Below, one piece after another: positions 1 to 8,367 of a DNA stretch of 64,000 nt (the stretch's first letter is position 1; every line of letters begins with the position of its first letter). The DNA is from an uncultured Limosilactobacillus sp. (GTDB lineage Bacteria; Bacillota; Bacilli; Lactobacillales; Lactobacillaceae). The stretch is taken from contig CALVGV010000002.1 of the NCBI GenBank assembly GCA_944327195.1, positions 14,337 to 78,336 of the forward strand. Direction: 5' to 3'. The notes beneath the pieces are model-generated. The model did not search any database. It saw only the letters and a list, made by a program, of their open reading frames with translations, and was not told the origin of the DNA. The position numbers and the translations under genes are program-made.

Positions 1-120
1 GTCGCGCTTGGCGGTTGCCATCTTTTGCTTGGCCTTCTCCTGGGCCTGCTTGATTTCTGCCAGGGTGTGGTCGAGGTAGGCCTGTTCCTGGCGTTTGATT
101 TGATCTTCAGTCACGTACAT
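1..120 (-). CDS. 5' end of a CDS that runs off the left edge (MYVTEDQIKRQEQAYLDHTLAEIKQAQEKAKQKMATAKRD...); function unknown
   Basis: Own minus-strand translation. ATG at 120-118 has GGAAGGGAG just upstream and the frame is open to position 1. It is absent from the ORF track because no stop lies in the window. Only 40 charged, coiled-coil-like residues are visible. Confidence 0.45.
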   Translation of the reverse strand, partial: MYVTEDQIKRQEQAYLDHTLAEIKQAQEKAKQKMATAKRD

Positions 121-214
121 AGCTCCCTTCCGCCGGGGGTTCCCCGGAAAAAAAGTGATTATAATATGGTACCACATTTGGCGAGGGGACTGGTATTCAT
201 TCGCCTTCGAGGGG

Positions 215-370
215 TGGGCCTCCACTCCGGAAAATTGCGGGCCGTGACGATGGTGGGCACAACTTTGAGCCCCTCCGGGTCTCAAAGCTTGGCCTTTCAC
301 TAGGCGGTAAACCGCCAAGTGAAATTTCACCATCTTGGCCCGCATTTTCCTCCGTTCCGGTCCGGCAACA
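215..370 (+). repeat. Structured palindromic intergenic repeat, copy A (subtype 1)
   Basis: About 90% identical by eye to 3510-3667. Internal helices: GGAAAATTGCGGGCC/GGCCCGCATTTTCC, GATGGTG/CACCATC, CTTTGAG-N11-CTCAAAG, and CACTAGGCGG-TAAA-CCGCCAAGTG. Confidence 0.8.
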
Positions 371-433
371 GAGCGTTGCGAATGCAACTGCTTGTGAAAA
401 GGCACCAACCACCGCAAGTTGTGATCGTAGACG

Positions 434-448
434 GGTGAATAATTCACC
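434..448. promoter_or_regulatory. Perfect 7-1-7 inverted repeat GGTGAAT-A-ATTCACC (operator-like)
   Basis: Read directly from the sequence. It lies between repeat copies A and B. The 7-1-7 architecture resembles Fur-family boxes but the sequence matches no consensus I know. Confidence 0.25.
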
Positions 449-560
449 ATGCACATCACTGGAGTAATTTTCTTGTGAGAAACCGCGGCTCAGTTCCACA
501 CGGTGGAAGAGAAACGTGGTGTCTCCCGCCCTTCGCTGCCCCGATTCACCACCGCTGCTG

Positions 561-710
561 GGCCGGAGGGGAGTAGACCCGGGAGCTCAGGGGTGAAATT
601 GTTCTTGGCGATTTATCGCCTAGAACAAGGCCGAGCTTGAAGACCCTAGAGGGGGCTTCAAGTCGTGCCCACCCCGTTCCAGTCTCCCGGAAGCTACTCC
701 CCGGAGGCCC
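561..710 (-). repeat. Structured palindromic intergenic repeat, copy B (subtype 2, inverted relative to A)
   Basis: Collinear with 58202-58351. Helices: GGGGAGTAG/CTACTCCCC, CCCGGGAG/CTCCCGG, GGGGTG/CACCCC, CTTGAAG/CTTCAAG, and TTCTTGGCGAT/ATCGCCTAGAA. Confidence 0.8.
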
Positions 711-816
711 CCATCCCACGTTTCCAAAAATTTTCATAAGGTCAGGCGAAACGATTTGGTTTTCCCACCCCTTCCCCGTAAAATAAAATTAGTATCACAT
801 TTTCAGAAAAGGGGGA

Positions 817-1473
817 GTGTTTTTGGTTCACAATTTGCTTTACATCCTGACCCACCTCGAAGAGATGATCGTCCCCCTCTTTTCCCTGCTCGGCAACTGG
901 TCCTACCTGATCCTCTTTTTGATCACCTTCGCCGAAACCGGCCTGGTAGTCTTCCCCTGGCTCCCCGGGGAGTCGCTGATCTTTGTTGCCGCCTCCCTGG
1001 CCGCCGTCAGCCCGGTGGTCAAGATGGGCATCCTCGTGCCCGGCTTCTTCATCGCTGCCTTCCTCGGCGACATCGTCAACTACACGATCGGCACCCACCT
1101 GATCCACTGGCCCTGGTTACGCAAGAAGGTCGGCGGCCCGCGGCTGGTCAAGGCCCAGGAGTTTTTTGACCGCAACGGGATCATGGCGGTGATCTTCGGC
1201 CGCTTCGTGCCGGTCATCCGCACCTTCATCCCGCTGATCTCCGGTGGCGCCTCCTTCCCCTTCCACCGCTTCCTCGTCGGCAACTTGCTCGGCACCAGCC
1301 TCTGGGTGGCGATGGCCGCCATCCTCGGCTACTTCTTCGGCTCCCTGCCACTAGTCAAGAACCACTTCTCCTTGGTCCTCCTGGGGATCATCGCCATCTC
1401 GCTTTTGCCGGCCGGGATCGTCTACTCCCTGCGGGCATTGCGGCGCCGGATCATCCGCCGGCGGCAATTCTAA
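817..1473 (+). CDS. DedA/VTT-domain family membrane protein
   Basis: ORF track 218 aa. Multi-TM protein with the DedA-like core FAETGLVVFPWLPGESL...GRFVPVIRTF. The start is uncertain: GTG 817 abuts the GGGGGAG, and TTG 823 or ATG 865 are alternatives. Confidence 0.75.
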   Translation: MFLVHNLLYILTHLEEMIVPLFSLLGNWSYLILFLITFAETGLVVFPWLPGESLIFVAASLAAVSPVVKMGILVPGFFIAAFLGDIVNYTIGTHLIHWPWLRKKVGGPRLVKAQEFFDRNGIMAVIFGRFVPVIRTFIPLISGGASFPFHRFLVGNLLGTSLWVAMAAILGYFFGSLPLVKNHFSLVLLGIIAISLLPAGIVYSLRALRRRIIRRRQF

Positions 1474-1544
1474 AAACCCCCATTTCCCCGGTTGGTGTGC
1501 TAAAATTATTAGCAAACACTTGGGATTAAATGGAGGTTTTTTTA

Positions 1545-2201
1545 ATGGCAATCAACGTCTACTTTATTCGCCACGGGCAGACCTTTTTCAATAAGTACCA
1601 CCGGATGCAAGGATGGTCGGACACGCCCCTGACGGCCAAGGGCAAGGCCGATGCCGCCCGGGCCGGCAAGGCACTGGCCACCATCAAGCTGGACTACGCC
1701 TTTGCCTCCGACCTCAAGCGCACGATGGACACCGCCCGGATTCTGTTGGCCAACCACCCGACTGAAATCAGCGAACCGACCCCGCTACCGGCCTTTCGCG
1801 AGGAGTTCTTCGGCTACTTCGAGGGGCTCAACAGCTCGGAGAGTGCCACCTTCGTTTCCGGCAACGACGGGCTGACCTCCTTTGAGGACCTGATCGACAC
1901 CTACGGGGCCGACGCCGCCCGCGACAAGATCGCCGCCGCCGACGTTTCCGGCGACGCCGAGGACAGCACCACCTTCTGGGCCCGGGTAATGCCCGGCTTC
2001 GACAAGCTCCGCGCCCTTCCCGACGGCAGCAACGTCCTGGTGGTTTCCCACGGGATGACCATCCGCTCGATCGGCGCCCGCTTCAGCACCGAAAAGGCCC
2101 ACACCCGCCAACCAGACAACGGCTCAATTACCAAGCTCACCCTGAACCAAGACCAAATCACGGTTGATTTCTACAGTCAATTATCATTACCCGAAGAGTA
2201 A
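1545..2201 (+). CDS. Histidine phosphatase (phosphoglycerate mutase-like) family protein
   Basis: N-terminal RHGQT catalytic motif (MAINVYFIRHGQTFFN). ATG 1545 lies 8 nt after GGAGG and is preferred over the track start at 1530. Confidence 0.8.
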   Translation: MAINVYFIRHGQTFFNKYHRMQGWSDTPLTAKGKADAARAGKALATIKLDYAFASDLKRTMDTARILLANHPTEISEPTPLPAFREEFFGYFEGLNSSESATFVSGNDGLTSFEDLIDTYGADAARDKIAAADVSGDAEDSTTFWARVMPGFDKLRALPDGSNVLVVSHGMTIRSIGARFSTEKAHTRQPDNGSITKLTLNQDQITVDFYSQLSLPEE

Positions 2202-2219
2202 GGGGGAATAACATCATAT

Positions 2220-3506
2220 ATGGATACCACCATCCCTACGGCCGAACAGGTCATCATCATCGGGCTCGATAACGACCAGCCCGACTATCAGTATTCAATG
2301 ACGGAACTAAAGGAGCTGGCCGAGGCCGACCAGCTCGAGGTCGTCGACCGGCTCGACCAGGCCCTCGACCGCCCCAACGCCGCCACCTACTTTGGGAGCG
2401 GCAAGGTTGAGGAACTGGCCCGCCTGGCCGAAGCGCTGCGGGTCAAGACGATCGTTGCCAACGACGAGCTCAGCCCCAGCCAGCTGCAAAACCTCGCCCA
2501 GGCCACCGGCGCCCGGATCCTCGACCGGACAGCCCTGATCCTGGAAATCTTCGCCAAGCGGGCCCAATCCCGCGAAGCCAAGATCCAGGTGCAAATCGCC
2601 CAGCTCCAGTACCGCCTGCCGCGGCTGCAAACCGCCAGCAACCAACGGCTCGACCAGCAAACCGGGTCCGGTGGGGGCGGCGGCTTCACCAACCGGGGGG
2701 CCGGGGAAACCAAGCTCGAAATGAACCACCGGGTGATCGCCAAGCAGATCAGCCACCTCCGCGCCGAACTGAAGGAAATCGAAAAGTCCGAGGCCACTAA
2801 GCGGGCCCAGCGCGACAAGGCGGCGATCCCGACCGCGGCCCTAGTTGGCTACACCAACGCCGGCAAGTCGACGATCATGAACCAGCTGATCGACCGCTAC
2901 GGGGTTTCCGACGACAAGCAGGTCTTCGAAAAGAACATGCTCTTCGCCACCCTCGACACCAGCGTTCGCCAGCTGACCCTGCCGGACCAGAAGCGGTTCC
3001 TACTCAGCGACACGGTCGGCTTCGTCTCCAAGCTCCCCCACCACCTGGTGGAGGCCTTCAAGTCGACCTTGACCGAGGCCGCCCAGGCCGACCTCCTGCT
3101 CCAGGTGATCGACTACTCCGATCCCCACTACGAAGAGATGATCCGCACCACCGAGCAGACCCTCAAGCAGATCGGCGTCGAAAACATCCCGATGGTCTAC
3201 GTCTTCAACAAGGCCGACAAGACCGAGGTCGCCTTCCCGACGATGGAGGGCGACGACCGGCTGGTGATCTCGGCCAAGGACGGCCAGTCGCTCGATCTGC
3301 TGGTCGATACGATCAAGCACCACCTCTTTGCCGACTACCAGACGGTCAAGCTTCTGGTGCCCTTCGCCGATGGCCAGGTGGTTTCCTACCTCAACGAGCA
3401 CGCCACCATCAAGAGCACCGAGTACCTGAGCGAGGGCACCAAGCTCGAGGTTGAGATTGCCCCCAAGGACCTGCCGCGGGTGGCGGAATACCAGGTTGCT
3501 GAGTAG
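2220..3506 (+). CDS. hflX: GTPase HflX
   Basis: 428 aa. HflX-type N-domain followed by G motifs GYTNAGKST, DTVGF and NKAD. Confidence 0.9.
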   Translation: MDTTIPTAEQVIIIGLDNDQPDYQYSMTELKELAEADQLEVVDRLDQALDRPNAATYFGSGKVEELARLAEALRVKTIVANDELSPSQLQNLAQATGARILDRTALILEIFAKRAQSREAKIQVQIAQLQYRLPRLQTASNQRLDQQTGSGGGGGFTNRGAGETKLEMNHRVIAKQISHLRAELKEIEKSEATKRAQRDKAAIPTAALVGYTNAGKSTIMNQLIDRYGVSDDKQVFEKNMLFATLDTSVRQLTLPDQKRFLLSDTVGFVSKLPHHLVEAFKSTLTEAAQADLLLQVIDYSDPHYEEMIRTTEQTLKQIGVENIPMVYVFNKADKTEVAFPTMEGDDRLVISAKDGQSLDLLVDTIKHHLFADYQTVKLLVPFADGQVVSYLNEHATIKSTEYLSEGTKLEVEIAPKDLPRVAEYQVAE

Positions 3507-3509
3507 GCG

Positions 3510-3667
3510 GTGGCCTCCGCTCCGCGAAAATTGCGGGCCGTGACGATAGCGGGCACAACTTTGAGCCCCTCCGGGTCTCAAAGCTTGGCCTTTCACTAGG
3601 CGGGAAACCCGCCAAGTGAAATTTCGCTATCTTGACCCGCATTTTCGCTCCGCTCCGGCCGGCAACA
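3510..3667 (+). repeat. Structured palindromic intergenic repeat, copy C (subtype 1)
   Basis: Aligns over its full length with copy A. Helix 2 is GATAGCG/CGCTATC, compensatory relative to A. It starts 4 nt after the hflX stop. Confidence 0.8.
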
Positions 3668-3754
3668 AACCGTTATCTGCCGGCTACTTTGAATATGAGG
3701 AACAATCAATCCGGTTGCGTTCCTTCACTACTTCAAACCTCAATAACAACGAAC

Positions 3755-3799
3755 AACGCCCCGGTTGGCTTCCTCATGAATGCCAACCGGGGCGTTTCT
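3755..3799. terminator. Bidirectional intrinsic terminator between hflX and the M20 peptidase gene
   Basis: AACGCCCCGGTTGGC-N12-GCCAACCGGGGCGTT, followed by TTTCTC on the plus strand. Confidence 0.7.
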
Positions 3800-3812
3800 C
3801 ATATCCAATTTT

Positions 3813-4964
3813 TTATTTCAGGTATTCCGCCAGCGCCCGCTTGTAGACCTCGATGTCCTTATGGAAGGTCGCCAACTCCACGTACTCGTCGACCTGGTGG
3901 GCGGTTCGGTTGCCGGGGCCGAAGACGGCGATCGTCATCTTCGGGTTACCCTTAATCATCTCCGAGGCGTCGGTGCCGGCGGCGCTGCCGGTGACCTCAA
4001 TTTGGTGACCAAAGACCTCCTCGGCCGTTTGGTGGAGAAGGCGGTTGAAGGCCCCCTTCTCGTCAGTGACCACCGGCTCCTTTCGGCCCAGCAGCTTCAG
4101 GGCCAGCTGGGCGCCGCGGGCCTCGTTTACCTCCGTAATCAGCTCTTCCAGCTTGGCCAGAATCTCAGCGTTTGGCTCCTCGGGGATCGTCCGCACCTTC
4201 ATGTAGAGGGCGGCGGTGCTTGGCACCGAGTTGAGCTGCTGGCCACCCTCGATCTTGGTGATCACCGGAATCGTCTTCCCCAGGGCCGGGTTGCTTTTGC
4301 CGAGGGTGGCGAAGTAGGCCGTCTGCCGTTGGTAGTAGTCCATTAGCGGCTCGATCGCGTTGTAGCCCAGCTGGGGCATCGAGCTGTGGGCGGCCTTGCC
4401 CTTGGAAGTGACGGCGTAGGTCAGCGATCCCTTGTTGGCGCAGTTGAGCTGGCCCATCGAGGGCTCGGCCAAGATCATCGCGTCAACGTCGCTCAGGTAG
4501 CCGGCCCTGGTGAAGGCTTGCGCCCCCTGCATGTGGTTGCGCGGACTGGATTCCTCGGCGATCGTCACCAGCAGCTTGACCTTGCCCGCCAGTGGGGCCT
4601 GCTCGGCCAACTCGAACATGGCGATGCACTCGGCGGCCAGGCCGCCCTTCATGTCGGTGGTGCCGCGGCCGTACATCCTGCCGTCGCGGACCTCGGCGCC
4701 GAGCGGCTGGTGGTGCCACTTTTTGACGTCGCCGAGGGCCACCACGTCCTCGTGCCCTTCCAGGGCGACCACCCGGCCGCTTTGCCCGGAGCCGATCTCG
4801 GCGTAGAAGTTGCTGCGACCGTCCTCGACCGGCAGGAGGCGGTTGGTGATCCCGCGGGCGGTGAACTCCCTTTGCAGGAAGTGGGCCACCCGGTCCTCGT
4901 GACCGCCGACCGTGTCGAGTTGAATGAGGTCGGCCAGGAATTGTTCGCGTGCTGCTTTGTCCAT
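3813..4964 (-). CDS. M20-family metallopeptidase (ArgE/DapE-type deacylase)
   Basis: 383 aa. Contains HEDVV, GRGTTDMKGG and the dimerisation-domain layout typical of M20. RBS GAGAGGGGA lies 6 nt upstream. A paralog sits at 56733-57869. Confidence 0.8.
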   Translation of the reverse strand: MDKAAREQFLADLIQLDTVGGHEDRVAHFLQREFTARGITNRLLPVEDGRSNFYAEIGSGQSGRVVALEGHEDVVALGDVKKWHHQPLGAEVRDGRMYGRGTTDMKGGLAAECIAMFELAEQAPLAGKVKLLVTIAEESSPRNHMQGAQAFTRAGYLSDVDAMILAEPSMGQLNCANKGSLTYAVTSKGKAAHSSMPQLGYNAIEPLMDYYQRQTAYFATLGKSNPALGKTIPVITKIEGGQQLNSVPSTAALYMKVRTIPEEPNAEILAKLEELITEVNEARGAQLALKLLGRKEPVVTDEKGAFNRLLHQTAEEVFGHQIEVTGSAAGTDASEMIKGNPKMTIAVFGPGNRTAHQVDEYVELATFHKDIEVYKRALAEYLK

Positions 4965-5098
4965 GATTTTTCCCCTCTCTGGTGCCTAGCGTGATTTTCT
5001 CCATGATAGTCCCCTCCCCGGCCGAGCGACAGTAATTTCTCGGGCAATAAAAAACAGCCGGCTACAAAAGCAGTCAGCTGTTCAAATTCACTTACGAG

Positions 5099-7573
5099 CT
5101 AAACCGTTTGGTCGCGGTCTTGCAGGTACATTCCGTCGTCGTCCTTTTCCTCACCAAGCAATTCCTGGTTGTTGTCCAACTCGGACTTGCCGGCGAAGTG
5201 GTGCTTTTGCAGCCAGATCATCGACAGCAGGGTCAGCAGGGAGAAGACGATCGCGATCCCGGCGAGCACGCTGTTGCAGAAGGCAACGTAGTGGTCACCG
5301 AGCCCACCGGAAATCCCGTTCCGCAGGCCGAGGATCGAGTAGGTCATCGGCAGGTACCAGTGGATGACGTTGAAGAACTTCATCGTCACTTCCATCGGGA
5401 AGGTCCCACCGGAACCACCGAGTTGCAGCATCAGCAGAACCATCGCAATGAAGCGGCCGACGTTGTCGAAGGTCATCGACAGGAACATGACCACGGCGAA
5501 GGCCGCAAAGCCGAAGAGGACCAGGGTCAGGAAGAAGGATGGCACCAGCTTGACGGTCAGGCCGCACGCCATCATGACGCCCCCTTCAATCAGGGCCATT
5601 GCGGCGGCGATCACGGCCTCAACGGCGATCTTGCTTGCCCACCAGGCAGAGGCGCGCCGTTCTTGCAGGGCCACCCGCCGGATTGGGTAAACAAAGTTGA
5701 AGGTAACCGCCCCAACATAGAGGGCCACCGAGAGCACGTACGGTGCCAGGGCGTGGCCGTAGTTTGGCACATTGGTGTACTTCTTGTGGGTCAGCTTGGT
5801 TGGGCTGGCAATCATGTTGGCCGTCTTGTTGGAGGTGTTGATCGAGTTGACCTGCTTTGCCCCCTTGGTCAACTTGGTGGCCAACTTACCGGCGCCGGCG
5901 TTCAGCTGGGTGATCCCGGAAACGATTTGCGGCGTGTTGGCGGCCAGTTGACTGGTCCCACTAGCCAGTTGGGCGACGCCGGAAACCAGCGACGGCACTT
6001 GGCTGTTGAGGGTGTTCAGGCTGGAAGCCAGGGTGTTGGCCCCGCTGGTCAGCTGACTGGAGCTGGCGTTGAGGGTGTTGGCCCCGCTTGCCGCCTGGCT
6101 AACCCCGGTGGTGTATTGGGAAACCCCGGAGTTGAGGCTAGCCGCCCCGGAAGCCAGTTGGCTGGTGGCCGTCTGGAGCTCGGAGGCCAGGGTCGGCATC
6201 GAGGACAGGGTTGAGCTGTAGGAGTTCAACTGGGTCATCAGACTGTTGGCCTGAGTAAGGACACCTTCTGCACTCTTCAGTGTCTCCTCCATACTGTCGA
6301 GTTGATCGATGTTCGTCTTCAACGATGACATGCTAGAGGTCAGCGACGTCATGCTAGACGAGATCTTGTTCGAAATTTGCGTTTGAGCGGCTGCGTTTTG
6401 CGATGCCGCAGTTGCTAAGGCCGAGAGTTGACTCTTCATCGTAGCATCAGTAGTGCTATTAGCTAACGCATTGAGTTGACTAGCAATGGTCTCATCATTG
6501 TTAGCGGTCGTGCTTAGTGCATCCGTTAGCTGCTTTTTACTGCTTGAAACGGTTTGAGCCGTCGTTGATAACTCACTCGCACTATCGCTTGCCGACGAAA
6601 GAGCCGTCTCGGCTGTTTCTAGCCCGCTACTCAGCGAGTTCAGGCCGCTTTGCAGCTGTTGGGCCTGCTGGAGGGCGCTCATGATCCCGGTGAAGTTGAT
6701 GCTCCCCAGCGAGGAGGAGACGGTGCTGTTCAGCTCACTCGCACCGGAGGCCAGTTGGCTCGCACCGGAGTTCAGCGTGCTCGAGCTGGAGTTGAGGGTG
6801 TTGAGCCCGCTGGTCAGCGAGCTAACCCCACTGGTGTAGGTGGTCAAGCCCGAAGCCAACTGGCTCCCGCCGGAGGCCAGTTGGCTCGCACCGGAGCTCA
6901 GCGAGCTGACACTGGAGTTGAGCGTCTGCATCCCCGAGTTCACCTGGTAAACCCCGCTGGCGTAAGAGTTCATCCCACTTGCCAGCGAGCTGGTCCCGGA
7001 GGAGATTTGCCCGGCCCCACTGGCGGCGGTCTTCATCCCCTTGCCGACCTTCTTGAGGGCGGTAAAGGTGGCCTTGGCGTAGGCCTTGGTTACCTGGGTG
7101 CGAATTGCCTGGTTAACCTTGATCATCCCCAGGTCGCTGATCACCTCGGCGATGTAGTTCAAAGACCCGTTCGTCTCGTACTGGAGCTTCATCTTCTTCG
7201 GGTTCTTGTTCATCACCGTGGTGGCGTTCTTCGAGAAGTTCTTCGGGATGGTAACCACCGTGTAGTACTTGCGGTGGTGTAGGCCGTACTTGGCCTTCTT
7301 GGCCGACACGAATTCCCACTTGAAGGAATCATTCTTCTTCAGGTTCTTCACCGTGTCGCGACCCACCGCCAGCACCTTCCCCTGGTACTCAACCGGCTTG
7401 TCCTTGTTCACGACGGCCACCGGTAGGTTCTCGGTGCTCCCGTACGGGTCCCAAACCGACTTCAGGAAGAAGATACTATATAGGAATGGAAGAAAACAAA
7501 TAACAATACATGAGATCCGCAGGAGTTTGTTGCGCCAAATGTGGCCAAACTCTGCCTTAATCATTTCCCACAT
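5099..7573 (-). CDS. YhgE/Pip domain-containing membrane protein
   Basis: 824 aa. N-terminal TM helix plus VAVVNKDKP. A long Ser/Thr/Ala/Leu-rich repeat region (LASG..SQL motifs) is followed by a C-terminal ABC-2-like multi-TM domain. Confidence 0.8.
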   Translation of the reverse strand: MWEMIKAEFGHIWRNKLLRISCIVICFLPFLYSIFFLKSVWDPYGSTENLPVAVVNKDKPVEYQGKVLAVGRDTVKNLKKNDSFKWEFVSAKKAKYGLHHRKYYTVVTIPKNFSKNATTVMNKNPKKMKLQYETNGSLNYIAEVISDLGMIKVNQAIRTQVTKAYAKATFTALKKVGKGMKTAASGAGQISSGTSSLASGMNSYASGVYQVNSGMQTLNSSVSSLSSGASQLASGGSQLASGLTTYTSGVSSLTSGLNTLNSSSSTLNSGASQLASGASELNSTVSSSLGSINFTGIMSALQQAQQLQSGLNSLSSGLETAETALSSASDSASELSTTAQTVSSSKKQLTDALSTTANNDETIASQLNALANSTTDATMKSQLSALATAASQNAAAQTQISNKISSSMTSLTSSMSSLKTNIDQLDSMEETLKSAEGVLTQANSLMTQLNSYSSTLSSMPTLASELQTATSQLASGAASLNSGVSQYTTGVSQAASGANTLNASSSQLTSGANTLASSLNTLNSQVPSLVSGVAQLASGTSQLAANTPQIVSGITQLNAGAGKLATKLTKGAKQVNSINTSNKTANMIASPTKLTHKKYTNVPNYGHALAPYVLSVALYVGAVTFNFVYPIRRVALQERRASAWWASKIAVEAVIAAAMALIEGGVMMACGLTVKLVPSFFLTLVLFGFAAFAVVMFLSMTFDNVGRFIAMVLLMLQLGGSGGTFPMEVTMKFFNVIHWYLPMTYSILGLRNGISGGLGDHYVAFCNSVLAGIAIVFSLLTLLSMIWLQKHHFAGKSELDNNQELLGEEKDDDGMYLQDRDQTV

Positions 7574-7606
7574 TTCTCTTTCTTATCCTCTCTTCATTAC
7601 TTTTGG

Positions 7607-8152
7607 CTACTTTACGTAAGGGGAACGCTGCACCTGTTGCTTGATGAACTCGATCATCTCGGCATCCGACGCATCGTAGTTCTGCTCCTGCCACCAATAA
7701 AGGATCCCCATCAAGCCGCCCCCCAGCGTGCAGGCGGTTAGCTCCGGATTGGGGCTGGCCTTCATCAAGCGGACAATCGTTGCTTCATCGTCCTCGGCCT
7801 CGCGCAGGCCAAGGAGGATTTCACTACAGATCCGCAGCAACTCCGTGTAGAGCGAATCGCGGCTGGCGCTGGTGGTCAGGTTGCGGAAGAGCTTCTTGTG
7901 GTCGCTCACGTACTGAACCAAGGACTCGATCAACTCGTCTTCGGTCTGCGCCTGTTCCCACAGGGTGCCCAACCGCTGCTTGAGCAGTTGTTCCAAGAGG
8001 TCGTACTTGTCGTGGAAGTAGCGGTAAAAGCTACTCCGGTGCAAGAGGGCCTCATTACAGATCTGATCAACGGTCAACTTCTCAAAGGGCTGGTTGATCA
8101 ACAAGGTCTCCAACGCATTTTGGAAGTCACGGACAGTTCGATTCATCTTCAC
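7607..8152 (-). CDS. TetR/AcrR family transcriptional regulator
   Basis: TetR HTH (LTVDQICNEALLHRSSFYRYF). GTG 8152 lies 6 nt after GGGAGGG and is preferred over the track start at 8182. It is upstream of, and co-oriented with, the yhgE-like gene. Confidence 0.75.
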   Translation of the reverse strand: MKMNRTVRDFQNALETLLINQPFEKLTVDQICNEALLHRSSFYRYFHDKYDLLEQLLKQRLGTLWEQAQTEDELIESLVQYVSDHKKLFRNLTTSASRDSLYTELLRICSEILLGLREAEDDEATIVRLMKASPNPELTACTLGGGLMGILYWWQEQNYDASDAEMIEFIKQQVQRSPYVK

Positions 8153-8367
8153 ACTAAATCCCTCCCTACTGTAAATTTCCATCGAACATTATAATTAGTT
8201 CGGCAATGGGACGCGATCACTATTTTAGGACTGGCAGTTCTTTTTGAGACACATATTAATATTTGTTTCTAAAAATTTTATTTTACTAAACTTTACTAAC
8301 CGTTGCCGCCCATGCTACAATTTAGCTGTCGATGCAAGGAAGCGGTTACAGAAGGGGGACCTTTTTA

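Noticed and set aside
215-710. CRISPR array or IS element as the explanation for the repeats
   Set aside because: The copies are about 150 nt, internally palindromic, dispersed and in both orientations, with no regular spacers. There are no cas genes, transposase genes or long terminal inverted repeats bounding a coding region.
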